Positions 1-8,434 of a stretch of DNA of 64,000 bases are shown here, in pieces. The stretch comes from an uncultured Arcobacter sp. (GTDB taxonomy: Bacteria; Campylobacterota; Campylobacteria; Campylobacterales; Arcobacteraceae), in assembly GCA_965140705.1 (NCBI GenBank), contig OZ223300.1:1952001-2016000 (forward strand), in the 5' to 3' direction. Under the pieces are notes generated by a model. It saw only the letters and a list, made by a program, of their open reading frames with translations. It did not search any database and was not told the DNA's origin. Made by a program: the position numbers and the translations under genes. Numbering within the stretch: position 1 is the stretch's first letter; the number at the start of each line of letters is the position of its first letter.

Positions 1-641
1 ATAGATTCTTCTTTAGAAAGAATTGATGGATTAAACTTTATAGTTATTAGGATTCTATCTTTCGTCGTCACATTAGATAATACACCTGAAGGAACATTTT
101 CATTAATACTTTTTGGTGCTAAAACAATATTGGTCATTGTTATATATACGGTAGTATGATCCTCAATATTTAGTTCAGATATATACTTCATAATTGGTAG
201 TCTTAAATCAATATGTGCCAAAGCATTAGGAAGTAACATTGCGTCAAAATCGATTGAAAAAGGTACTGATGGAAGAGGTCTAATGTCAACCTCAGGATTA
301 TTTAAAGGATACGTAAAAGGAATAATCCCAATCATCTCCATAAATATTGCATCAATTGGAACTTTTCCAATATTTTTGATAGTTATAATATTTTTGAAGT
401 CCTCTTCTAAAGCATTAATATTAGTAAAATCAAAATTTTTATTGTTTGTAATAATTTCGATAGCAGGAAATTCTTTTACTAATCCTAATGAAATTTCATT
501 TGACTGACGAGAAGTTTTTAAAGCTTCTTCAGAAATACGATTACTATTTTCAGCGTTTTTAATGGAAATATAAACTGCAAACAAGCTCACTATAATACTG
601 ATTGTTGCTAATAAGAGTGTCATTTTTTCATTTATAGTCAT
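1..641 (-). CDS. Hypothetical membrane-anchored protein, probable integron gene cassette (3' end runs off window)
   Basis: Not in ORF track. Hand translation from ATG at 641 gives MTINEKMTLLLATISIIVSLFAVYISIKNAENSNRISEEALKTSRQSNEISLG..., open to position 1. N-terminal TM helix, AAGG RBS, and a GTTATAT core site at 664-658 upstream. Confidence 0.75.
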   Translation of the reverse strand, partial: MTINEKMTLLLATISIIVSLFAVYISIKNAENSNRISEEALKTSRQSNEISLGLVKEFPAIEIITNNKNFDFTNINALEEDFKNIITIKNIGKVPIDAIFMEMIGIIPFTYPLNNPEVDIRPLPSVPFSIDFDAMLLPNALAHIDLRLPIMKYISELNIEDHTTVYITMTNIVLAPKSINENVPSGVLSNVTTKDRILITIKFNPSILSKEES

Positions 642-657
642 GAAATACCTTTTTACT

Positions 658-674
658 ATATAACTATTTATTGA
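658..674 (-). other. attI-like recombination junction 1 (TCAATAAATAG/TTATAT), truncated upstream by the 61-bp IR element
   Basis: Same AATAAATAGTTA motif as at 1377-1393 and 3060-3074. Contains a GTTRRRY core directly before the ORF. Confidence 0.6.
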
Positions 675-680
675 GAATTT

Positions 681-741
681 GGGGACAGTATACTAATTTT
701 TTATTATATTAACTATTTTGATTAATAGGTATCCTGTCCCC
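681..741. repeat. 61-bp miniature inverted-repeat element (GGGGACAG...CTGTCCCC), copy 1
   Basis: Terminal IRs GGGGACAG(T/G)ATAC. Identical to 1850-1910 except for one base. Confidence 0.85.
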
Positions 742-744
742 GGA

Positions 745-774
745 ATTTTTGTCCTTTTAAGTCACTTGTTGGTT
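745..774 (-). other. Truncated attC left half (AACCAAC-AAGTGACTTAAAAGGACAAAAA)
   Basis: RYYYAAC inverse core at the end of the cassette ORF, one mismatch from the complement of the cassette's GTTAGTT core. Cut off by the 61-bp element. Confidence 0.5.
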
Positions 775-1362
775 TTTATTTTCTTCACGTTTGCGCAATT
801 GTATTAATGCTTGAGTTTTAAAGGCCTTAGATAACCTACGTAATCTGAACCAAGCGCAAATAGAAATGACAAAAATTACTATACAGTAATTAATAGCAGT
901 ACACTTTGCGTCACCTGAAAGAACAAAGTATGAAGCTAAACCACACATAAAGGAGTTTAACGCCACTCCCCTAGCGATACGATCGCGACTTACATATGAT
1001 TCCATTGTTTTGATAGTGTCAGATGCAGAGTGAGATAAAATTTCTGCGCTATGCTTATAAGGTTCTGACTTTGAAGTACCTAATATAAAATTTGATATGG
1101 TTCTTAACCAGTTTGGGCAAGATAAATATTTTCCTATAAATGTTGCAATATTATTAAACCGCTTTAATAAATATGATGATGAGACATCGACATATATACC
1201 TAAAATATAAGCTACAGGAAATATAGAAATAACAATAAACTCCTTATAGTCTTTGATATTTTCCGCAGATATATCAATATATTGATTTGAATATAAACCT
1301 ATCCATATGAGAGAAATAATACCTGTAATTAAATATTCTATTAATGCCGCAGCATACTGCAT
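757..1362 (-). CDS. Hypothetical 4-TM membrane protein, integron cassette
   Basis: 201-aa ORF with about 4 hydrophobic helices. AGGAG RBS a few bases after the GTTAGTT core site, with no room for its own promoter. Confidence 0.75.
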   Translation of the reverse strand: MQYAAALIEYLITGIISLIWIGLYSNQYIDISAENIKDYKEFIVISIFPVAYILGIYVDVSSSYLLKRFNNIATFIGKYLSCPNWLRTISNFILGTSKSEPYKHSAEILSHSASDTIKTMESYVSRDRIARGVALNSFMCGLASYFVLSGDAKCTAINYCIVIFVISICAWFRLRRLSKAFKTQALIQLRKREENKNQQVT

Positions 1363-1376
1363 TATCCACTCCTAAA

Positions 1377-1393
1377 AACTAACTATTTATTGA
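1377..1393 (-). other. attI-like recombination junction 2 (TCAATAAATAG/TTAGTT)
   Basis: GTTRRR-like core, lying between the cassette and a divergent intI relic at 1637. Confidence 0.65.
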
Positions 1394-1636
1394 ATATACA
1401 TTATATAAATAAATTACTTAAATCAACTTGTTTATTATATATTCATATAAATAGTTAATTTTAAGCATTTTATAAAATAAATATTATAAACTGCAATATT
1501 TTTATATATATTTTTATTATTTGTTATAATTTTTATGTTTATTTTATGTTGATATTTAGAACTTTAATATACATAATGTATGTTAAAAATGAAAAATTTA
1601 ACTTTAAACAACATTTTTTATAATACAGGAGTTACT

Positions 1637-1681
1637 ATGGCTAAAAAACTGCTTGATATAATAAAAAATTAGATTAAATTT
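1637..1681 (+). pseudogene. intI: 5' relic of integron integrase (MAKKLLDIIKN*IKF)
   Basis: AGGAG RBS plus an IntI-like N-terminus (cf. KKLLDxxRDKIRF), with TAG where Lys would be. Divergent from the attI-like site, and the spacer is homologous to 3067-3364. Confidence 0.55.
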
Positions 1682-1705
1682 TATAAAAAGATATATATAA
1701 ATCTA

Positions 1706-1848
1706 CGCGAAAAGTTTGCCTTGTGCTTTTTAGCACAAGTTTTCCTATTTCTTCTGTGCCCTTTCAGGGTCACGCTTTGTTACTTTTTATCAAAGAATTT
1801 CGTCACTTTGTTCCAGCATCCAACGATAAAATAAGTAACCAAAAAATC
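1706..1848. repeat. Fragment of REP-like structured repeat carrying the 27-bp AGAATTTCGTCACTTTGTTCCAGCATC module
   Basis: GTTACTTTTTATC...GATAAAATAAGTAAC hairpin resembles the arms of the 14.7-kb and 60.2-kb elements. The module matches 15085-15111 in reverse complement with 2 mismatches. Confidence 0.5.
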
Positions 1849-1849
1849 T

Positions 1850-1910
1850 GGGGACAGTATGCTAATTTTTTATTATATTAACTATTTTGATTAATAGGTA
1901 TCCTGTCCCC
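1850..1910. repeat. 61-bp miniature inverted-repeat element, copy 2
   Basis: Near-identical to 681-741. Confidence 0.85.
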
Positions 1911-1923
1911 AGAATTTTTATTT

Positions 1924-1995
1924 GTATAATGCCCACATTTGCAGTTTGTTTGAAGTGCAGAGGAAAAGCAGTCCGACAACATGCGCTTGTTAGAT
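1924..1995 (-). other. Integron attC site (72 bp), R' box mutated G>A
   Basis: Minus strand reads ATCTAAC(R'')-AAGCG-CATGTTG(L'', extrahelical G)...CAAATG(L')-TGGGC-ATTATAC(R'). R'' is the exact complement of the cassette's GTTAGAT core at 3066-3060. Confidence 0.8.
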
Positions 1996-2034
1996 TTTAA
2001 CTTTCGATCTATGAGGTGTGTTGCCTAGTGGTGT

Positions 2035-3042
2035 TCATTTTGATGTGAACCTAGTCGCGATCTCTCCCACAGTCAGCTTGTCTTGATCAAGGCCGAATTT
2101 TCCCATAATTTCATTTACAACACTATAAATCCAATGACTATTGCTGATAGTGGGTGGTAGATATACACGGTCAATAAACGTGTTTAAGTTAGCATGAAGC
2201 TTCAGAGTCAAACCACTAAGATTCTCTGAAACATCTTTTGGTAGCGTTACAATAAGTCGATGCTCGCATTCATATTCGTATGCAGAGTGCTTCAACATAA
2301 GATCACGAAACCCAAGCCAAACACCATCTGGTAAATCCCTAGGAATAATTCTCCCAATTTCCAAATCCGAAGGCGAGACGTATACCACATCGAATGCCTC
2401 AGAGTTCGCTTTTTGAGAAAGGAAGAACTTTTTATTTCTGTAAAGTAGCTCTTTCAACTTCGATTTCGTAGTCGTGATTGCCACCCCTTCCTCTCCATTA
2501 CAGTATGTTTTCCACATCGCCATACATTGGTTGTAGCCACCAAACCACGAAGAAACATACGATCGAGCCTTTAATAATCTCACTCCAGTCACTATTGAGT
2601 CACGTTCTTCAGCTGAAAAGTTGGAATCGCCTACTAAGTCCTCATGTTTCTCTTGAATGTAACTCAACCACTCGATCCGATCTTCATGCCCCTCCAAAAA
2701 TGAATCATAAAAAAGCTGATAAAGATCGTCTGTATCATCTAAAACTGCATACTCTTCCGACGTAATGGTGCGATCTACTAATTCTTTTAGTTCGTCAACG
2801 CTCAGCTCGCGATTAAGCCGGCTTACCGCCTCATTGATACGCTTTATCGCACTGAGCCCAACTGAAAAGTACTTGCCAACTTCTTCTTGAGACATAGTTG
2901 ACAAATGGGCAAACCATTCCCCTTCTGTTTGATCTTCAAAATGGTCTGCACGACAGAGAAAAAGTGCTTCACTATGAAGTAGTGATATGAATTTACTTAA
3001 CGTTAAGTAACGCCATACTACTTCTTGGTTGTCTTGATGCAT
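2035..3042 (-). CDS. DUF2971-like hypothetical protein, integron cassette
   Basis: Motifs WRYL..SKFISLL, FED..EG, MW..Y...GVAI, K..AYEYE.E.R. Visibly more GC-rich than the host. Bounded by a GTTAGAT core and an attC. Confidence 0.75.
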   Translation of the reverse strand: MHQDNQEVVWRYLTLSKFISLLHSEALFLCRADHFEDQTEGEWFAHLSTMSQEEVGKYFSVGLSAIKRINEAVSRLNRELSVDELKELVDRTITSEEYAVLDDTDDLYQLFYDSFLEGHEDRIEWLSYIQEKHEDLVGDSNFSAEERDSIVTGVRLLKARSYVSSWFGGYNQCMAMWKTYCNGEEGVAITTTKSKLKELLYRNKKFFLSQKANSEAFDVVYVSPSDLEIGRIIPRDLPDGVWLGFRDLMLKHSAYEYECEHRLIVTLPKDVSENLSGLTLKLHANLNTFIDRVYLPPTISNSHWIYSVVNEIMGKFGLDQDKLTVGEIATRFTSK

Positions 3043-3059
3043 GGTTAATGTACCTTAAA

Positions 3060-3074
3060 ATCTAACTATTTATT
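3060..3074 (-). other. attI-like recombination junction 3 (TAATAAATAG/TTAGAT)
   Basis: Perfect GTTRRRY core matching R'' of the attC at 1989-1995. Confidence 0.7.
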
Positions 3075-3364
3075 AATAATACATTTTATATAAAATAGCC
3101 TTAAATTAGTTACATTAATAACACAATAAATGTTATTTTATTAAATATCTACAAATTCCCTCAAATAAGCTATTTGTAGAACTATATATTAAAAAAAATT
3201 ATAATATATAGTGTTTTTTAAATTTATTATAATTTTTTAGTAAACTGCAAATGTATAGTTTAGTACTGTATATACCTTATAAAACAAAAAAATGTATATT
3301 TATTTAAAATTGTGATAAAACAACATTTTGTTGGTTTTATTTTTATGTAAGATAGGAGTTTATT

Positions 3365-3414
3365 ATGGAAAAAAAGCTTTTAGAAATAATGAGATAAGAA
3401 GTCCATTGGATTTA
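3365..3414 (+). pseudogene. intI: Internally deleted integron integrase: N-terminus MEKKLLEIMR fused out of frame to C-terminus IRSPLD
   Basis: AGGAG RBS. Both IntI-like termini are present within 50 bp (SPLD is the conserved IntI C-terminal motif). Confidence 0.6.
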
Positions 3415-3532
3415 AAAAAAAGTATAGAAACTCTAATAAAGCTGTAGATTTTAGCTTCAGACAAGGAAGAGAAGAAAATCAACGATTGAGCTTACTAAGG
3501 AGTAAGTGATTGAGCTGATTTTCTTATTTGAC

Positions 3533-3563
3533 GCAGTATCAAGTTAAAAGATACTGCTTTATT
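3533..3563 (-). terminator. Probable rho-independent terminator after guaA
   Basis: GCAGTATC-N9-GATACTGC stem just past the guaA stop. Confidence 0.5.
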
Positions 3564-5099
3564 TTATTCCCATTCGATTGTTGCAGGTGGTTTGCTCGAA
3601 ATATCATACACAACTCTGTTTATACCATCAACCTCATTGATAATTCTTCTACTTATTGTTTCTAAAATATCATGTGGAATATGTGCAAATGTTGCTGTCA
3701 TACCATCTGTTGCTTCTACTATTCTTACACAAACCGTGTTGTCATAAGTTCTGTTATCACCCATAACTCCTACCGATTTTACATTTAGAAGTACTGTAAA
3801 GGCTTGCCATGTTTTATCATAATATCCAGTTGCTCTTAGAACATCTAACATGATAACATCTGCTTTTCTTAAAAGCTCTAGGTCTGGTTTATTTACATCT
3901 CCCATAATTCTAATAGCAAGTCCAGGTCCAGGGAAAGGGTGTCTTCCTATCATATCTTTTGGAATTCCAAGTTCAAGTCCTAGAAGTCTTACTTCATCTT
4001 TAAAGATTTCTCTTAATGGCTCGATTAAATCAAATGTCATCCAATCTGGAAGTCCACCAACATTGTGATGAGATTTGATAGTTTTTGAAGGACCTTTCAC
4101 TGATACTGATTCGATAACATCAGTATATAAAGTCCCTTGTGCTAAGAATTCTATACCATCATGTTTTTTTGCCTCTTCATCAAATACTTTGATAAATGTT
4201 TCACCGATGATTTTTCTTTTAGTTTCTGGGTCTGTTACGCCTGCTAGTTTACTTAAGAATTGTTCACTTGCATCAATTGTGATTAAAGGAACACCTCTTG
4301 CTTTAAACATAGCTTCTACTTGCTCTCTCTCATTTGCTCTTAAAAGTCCATTATCAACAAATACTGGGATTAATTGTTCCCCAATTGCTTCAGCTAAAAG
4401 AGTAGCAACTACAGAAGAATCAACTCCTCCTGATACACCACAAAGAACTTTTTTATCTCCAACTTGATCTTGGATTTTTTTGATTTGTTCTTTTGCAAAA
4501 GAACCCATATTCCATGTACTTTCACAACCACAAATATATTTTGCAAAGTTTTTAAGTAGTTTTGCACCCTCTACTGAGTGATATACTTCTGGATGAAATT
4601 GGAAAGCATAAACTAATCTATCCAAATCAGCAATAGCTGCATAAGGAGAATTTTCACTTGTTGCAATTTTTTCAAATCCTTCAGGAATAGTTTCAACTCT
4701 ATCACCATGACTCATCCATACAGTTTGCCCATCTGTAGTATCTTTAAAAATATCACTTTGTTTTTCAAAGTTTAATTTTGCTTTTCCATATTCGTGATGA
4801 TCTGCTGGGATTACACTTCCACCAAAATATTGAGAAATAAGTTGCATACCATAACAAATACCTAAAATAGGTAATCCAAGCTCAAAAATTTTGCTATCTG
4901 GATGATATGAATCTTTAGCATAAACTGATGCTGGTCCACCACTTAAGATTATACCTTTTGGAGTTCTAGCCTTTATATTTTCTATACTTTCGCTATATGG
5001 AACAATTTCAGAATAAACTCCTGCTTCTCTTAGTTTTCTTGCTATGATTTGAGTATATTGACTACCAAAATCTAACACAACGATTGGTACATGTTTCAT
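3564..5099 (-). CDS. guaA: GMP synthase (glutamine-hydrolysing)
   Basis: [25 protein letters not shown] and C-terminal KPPATIEWE motifs. Confidence 0.98.
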   Translation of the reverse strand: MKHVPIVVLDFGSQYTQIIARKLREAGVYSEIVPYSESIENIKARTPKGIILSGGPASVYAKDSYHPDSKIFELGLPILGICYGMQLISQYFGGSVIPADHHEYGKAKLNFEKQSDIFKDTTDGQTVWMSHGDRVETIPEGFEKIATSENSPYAAIADLDRLVYAFQFHPEVYHSVEGAKLLKNFAKYICGCESTWNMGSFAKEQIKKIQDQVGDKKVLCGVSGGVDSSVVATLLAEAIGEQLIPVFVDNGLLRANEREQVEAMFKARGVPLITIDASEQFLSKLAGVTDPETKRKIIGETFIKVFDEEAKKHDGIEFLAQGTLYTDVIESVSVKGPSKTIKSHHNVGGLPDWMTFDLIEPLREIFKDEVRLLGLELGIPKDMIGRHPFPGPGLAIRIMGDVNKPDLELLRKADVIMLDVLRATGYYDKTWQAFTVLLNVKSVGVMGDNRTYDNTVCVRIVEATDGMTATFAHIPHDILETISRRIINEVDGINRVVYDISSKPPATIEWE

Positions 5100-5190
5100 T
5101 TATTATTTTCCTTCATATTTTACACTTCTTGGTGTTTGGGTATTACAATTTTTAATGAGGGATTTTATCTAAATAGTTGTAAAAAATTGG

Positions 5191-5385
5191 TTAAGCGGGT
5201 TTTTCATTTTTATCTTGAAGATTTGTTTTTCCACATTTGGGACAAGGATTTCCAGGGTTGCTATAACAAGAGTAACAAAACATAGCATCACAACCTTCAC
5301 AAGTATGTTTACAATGCTTACAGACATAAGTTCTTGCTCTTTTAAATTTCTCTTTTTTAGAACTTCTAAAAATCCAAGAAAACAT
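5191..5385 (-). CDS. Small Cys-rich putative zinc-binding protein
   Basis: 64 aa with four CxxC pairs and an AAGGAG RBS. Confidence 0.7.
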   Translation of the reverse strand: MFSWIFRSSKKEKFKRARTYVCKHCKHTCEGCDAMFCYSCYSNPGNPCPKCGKTNLQDKNEKPA

Positions 5386-5404
5386 TGAAACTCCTTTTTA
5401 ATAA

Positions 5405-5440
5405 AAAAAGGCTACTAAGAAAAAACTTAGTAACCTTTTA
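5405..5440 (-). terminator. Probable terminator after nhaD
   Basis: AAAAGGCTACTAAG/CTTAGTAACCTTTT stem with A/T tails. Confidence 0.55.
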
Positions 5441-5466
5441 TTTTGTTTATTGATAAACTATATAGT

Positions 5467-6858
5467 TTATCCTGCGTGATAAAATCCTATAATTTCGTAT
5501 TGTAAATACCAAATTGCTACAGAAGCAAAGTATCCAAGTAAAATAGTCCAAGCATATTTCATATGTGAACCAAAAGTATAAATACCATGCAATTTACCCA
5601 TAACACCAACACCAGCGGCAGATCCAAATGAGATTAAAGAACCACCAACACCAGCTGTCAACGTTACAAGCATCCATTGATCAAGTCCCATCTCTGGACC
5701 TGCTTTTAAAACAGCACTCATAACAGGTACATTATCAACTATAGCTGAAAGGAAACCAACACAAATATTTGCAATAGTTGGACCTAAAACAGAAGGTTGA
5801 TAAACATGAACTGCTAGTCCTAGCCATCCAATAAAATATAAGGCACCAACTGCTGCTAAAATACCAAAAAAGAATAATAATGTATTATTTTCAATTTTAG
5901 CCATTGAATGGAAAATATTAAAATGGTCTTTCCCATATTTTTTCTTTAAACCATAAGAATAAACTTTAAGTAAAGCTAAACCAAACATCATACCCCACAT
6001 AGCAGGTAAATGTAATACTTGGTGTCCAACAACTGCAGAAAAAATTGTAAATATACCAAGTCCCATAACTACTTTTGCACCCTCAGCCATAACTGGAACT
6101 TTTTCAGTAGAAACATCAAATGCTGGAACCTCTTTTGGAACAAATTTTGATAAGATAATAGCTGTAACTAAATATCCACCAATAGCTGCTGGAAATAAGA
6201 ATAAGAAATCAGAAAAATCACCTTTCCCTGCTGTCCATGCCATAAGAGTAGTAATATCACCAAAAGGAGACCATGCCCCACCTGCATTTGCTGCAACAAC
6301 AATATTAATAGCACCTGGAACTAAGAAATCTTTTCTAGTCTTTTCAATAGTAATAAGAACTGTTGATAAAATCAAAGCGGTTGTTAAGTTATCTGCAATT
6401 GGTGAGATAAAGAAAGCTAAAAGACCAGTTACCCAAAAAAGTTTTCTATATGTATAACCTTTTGATACAAGATTATATTTCAACTTATCGAATACACTCA
6501 TATGAATCAAAGATTCAATATATGTCATTGCAACAAATAAGAAAAAGAAAATACCTGCGATTTCTAGGATAAGATGAGATGCTTCATTGTGTACAGCATC
6601 CATATCTAAGCCATTCATTGAATAATAAACAGCAACCAACATAAACATTAAAGTACCAATTAGTAAAGCAGGTTTCGCTTTATCAATTTCATATTTCTCT
6701 TCTGCAGCTACAAAATAATAACCTATAACAAAAATAAACAAACATGAAATACCAACCCAAGTCATAGTAAGATCAGGGTTTACTTGTGCTTCTCCTCCAC
6801 CACTAGATGCAAAAGATGCAACAGTAAGTAAAAGTATTGACACCAAAACTTTTAACAT
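5467..6858 (-). CDS. nhaD: Na+/H+ antiporter NhaD family
   Basis: DNLTT, ANAGGAWSPFGDITT, SAIVDNVP and GSAAGV motifs, with many TM helices. Confidence 0.9.
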   Translation of the reverse strand: MLKVLVSILLLTVASFASSGGGEAQVNPDLTMTWVGISCLFIFVIGYYFVAAEEKYEIDKAKPALLIGTLMFMLVAVYYSMNGLDMDAVHNEASHLILEIAGIFFFLFVAMTYIESLIHMSVFDKLKYNLVSKGYTYRKLFWVTGLLAFFISPIADNLTTALILSTVLITIEKTRKDFLVPGAINIVVAANAGGAWSPFGDITTLMAWTAGKGDFSDFLFLFPAAIGGYLVTAIILSKFVPKEVPAFDVSTEKVPVMAEGAKVVMGLGIFTIFSAVVGHQVLHLPAMWGMMFGLALLKVYSYGLKKKYGKDHFNIFHSMAKIENNTLLFFFGILAAVGALYFIGWLGLAVHVYQPSVLGPTIANICVGFLSAIVDNVPVMSAVLKAGPEMGLDQWMLVTLTAGVGGSLISFGSAAGVGVMGKLHGIYTFGSHMKYAWTILLGYFASVAIWYLQYEIIGFYHAG

Positions 6859-8309
6859 TAATTCTCCTTAATAAAATGTGCACCCAACGATTCTTTTCGT
6901 CCAAGGGCACTAGTTAATATAGATTTTGCCGTAAGCAATCTTAAAAACAACAACCTACCAACATCTTCTTTTAAAAATATTTCTATTTGATTTAAAGCAG
7001 TGCGTAAATCTGACTCATTTCGTACAATAGAGGCACTTTCCCACATAAGTTTTCTTAATAAATCTTTTATATCTTTGTCAATATTTTTATTTCTTATATG
7101 AGTATTTATTTTTTTGTCATATGCTTTTGAATCTATTTCAAAGTGATTTTTCAAACTATGCTCAACTGCAATTTTAGAGAAAACAATTCCCTCTAATAAA
7201 GAGTTTGAAGCCAATCTATTTGCTCCATGAACACCAGTACAAGCACACTCACCTATTGCATATAGGTTTTTCATACCTATTACTTGTGCATCTAAATTTG
7301 TAGGAATTCCTCCCATTGTATAATGAAAAGCAGGAGAAATTGGAACTTTTTCAAAGGGAAGCTCAAAGCCTAGGTCTTTCAAATTTGCATAAATATTTGG
7401 GAATCTTTTTTTAAAAAACTCTTTTTCAAAGTTTTTAAAAGAGAGAAATACACCTTTGCCAGTTTTTGTAGCATAATCAAATATTGCACGACTTACAATA
7501 TCCCTTGGTGCTAACTCTCCATCTTCATGGTATTCAAATAAAAATCTTTTGTCATCATCATCAACTATATGTGCACCCTCACCTCTTAAAGCTTCACTTA
7601 AAAGTGGTTTTCTAGCAAAGTGAGTTCCCCTTACAACTGTTGGATGGAATTGAATCATCTCCATATCTTTTAGTGAAATACCTTTTTCCAAACATATACC
7701 TTGTAACTCACCAGATATTGAAGTTGAATTTGTATGATATTTATATAAAGAACCTACTCCTCCACTTGCTATTATTGTATTATGGGCATAGGCAACTTTT
7801 TCTTCTGTCTCATTTACAAAGTATTGAACTCCATAACAAACATCATCTTTGATAAGTAAATCACTTACCACAACATTTGTAACTAGTTCATGGGGAAAGT
7901 GCTCTATTAAGAACATATGTATCATTCTTCCTGTCGCATCACCATCTGCATGTAAAATTCTACTTCTACTATGTGCTGCTTCTTTTGTAAGTGCAATTTG
8001 CCCTTTTGCATTTAAATCAACTTTTAAACCAGCTTTTATCATATCATTTACTGCTTCATTTGACTTTTCACTTAAGAGTTTTACAGCAGCTTGATTATTA
8101 TGATGTACTCCAGCATTTAAAGTATCTTCTATATGAGCTGGGATATCTTCCCTATCAACAGCAAAAGCAACACCACCTTGAGCCCAAAAAGTATTACACT
8201 CCCAAGGAGACTTTTTAGACAACAGAAGTACTTTTTTATCTTTAGGAATAAGTCTTGCTGCATTTAGACCAGCAACACCAGAGCCTATAATTACATAATC
8301 GTAAATCAC
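6858..8309 (-). CDS. nadB: L-aspartate oxidase
   Basis: GSGVAG FAD motif, AQGG, QFHPT, SEALRGEG and HGANRLASNSLLE. Confidence 0.93.
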   Translation of the reverse strand: MIYDYVIIGSGVAGLNAARLIPKDKKVLLLSKKSPWECNTFWAQGGVAFAVDREDIPAHIEDTLNAGVHHNNQAAVKLLSEKSNEAVNDMIKAGLKVDLNAKGQIALTKEAAHSRSRILHADGDATGRMIHMFLIEHFPHELVTNVVVSDLLIKDDVCYGVQYFVNETEEKVAYAHNTIIASGGVGSLYKYHTNSTSISGELQGICLEKGISLKDMEMIQFHPTVVRGTHFARKPLLSEALRGEGAHIVDDDDKRFLFEYHEDGELAPRDIVSRAIFDYATKTGKGVFLSFKNFEKEFFKKRFPNIYANLKDLGFELPFEKVPISPAFHYTMGGIPTNLDAQVIGMKNLYAIGECACTGVHGANRLASNSLLEGIVFSKIAVEHSLKNHFEIDSKAYDKKINTHIRNKNIDKDIKDLLRKLMWESASIVRNESDLRTALNQIEIFLKEDVGRLLFLRLLTAKSILTSALGRKESLGAHFIKEN

Positions 8310-8434
8310 TTCTTAATTACCTCTTTTGTATTGTCAACATACTTAGGGTCAGCTTTAAAACCACACCCTGATAAACTTAATAAAAATAGTGTTATAATGA
8401 TTGCATGAAAAATGCTAGCGAAATTCTTACTCAT
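8306..8434 (-). CDS. Small lipoprotein (LptM/YifL-like CGxKxxP)
   Basis: Not in ORF track. Translates as MSKNFASIFHAIIITLFLLSLSG-CGFKADPKYVDNTKEVIKK* with an LSGC lipobox. Its stop overlaps the nadB GTG start. Confidence 0.7.
   Translation of the reverse strand: MSKNFASIFHAIIITLFLLSLSGCGFKADPKYVDNTKEVIKK

Noticed and set aside
3262..3290. LexA (SOS) box upstream of the intI relic (TACTGTATATA...)
   Set aside because: Only a half-site is present; there is no CAG at the CTG-N10-CAG position.
1..3563. Prophage or ICE integrated at the guaA 3' end
   Set aside because: No intact integrase, phage or conjugation genes, and no guaA 3' duplication visible in the window. The signatures are integron-like instead.
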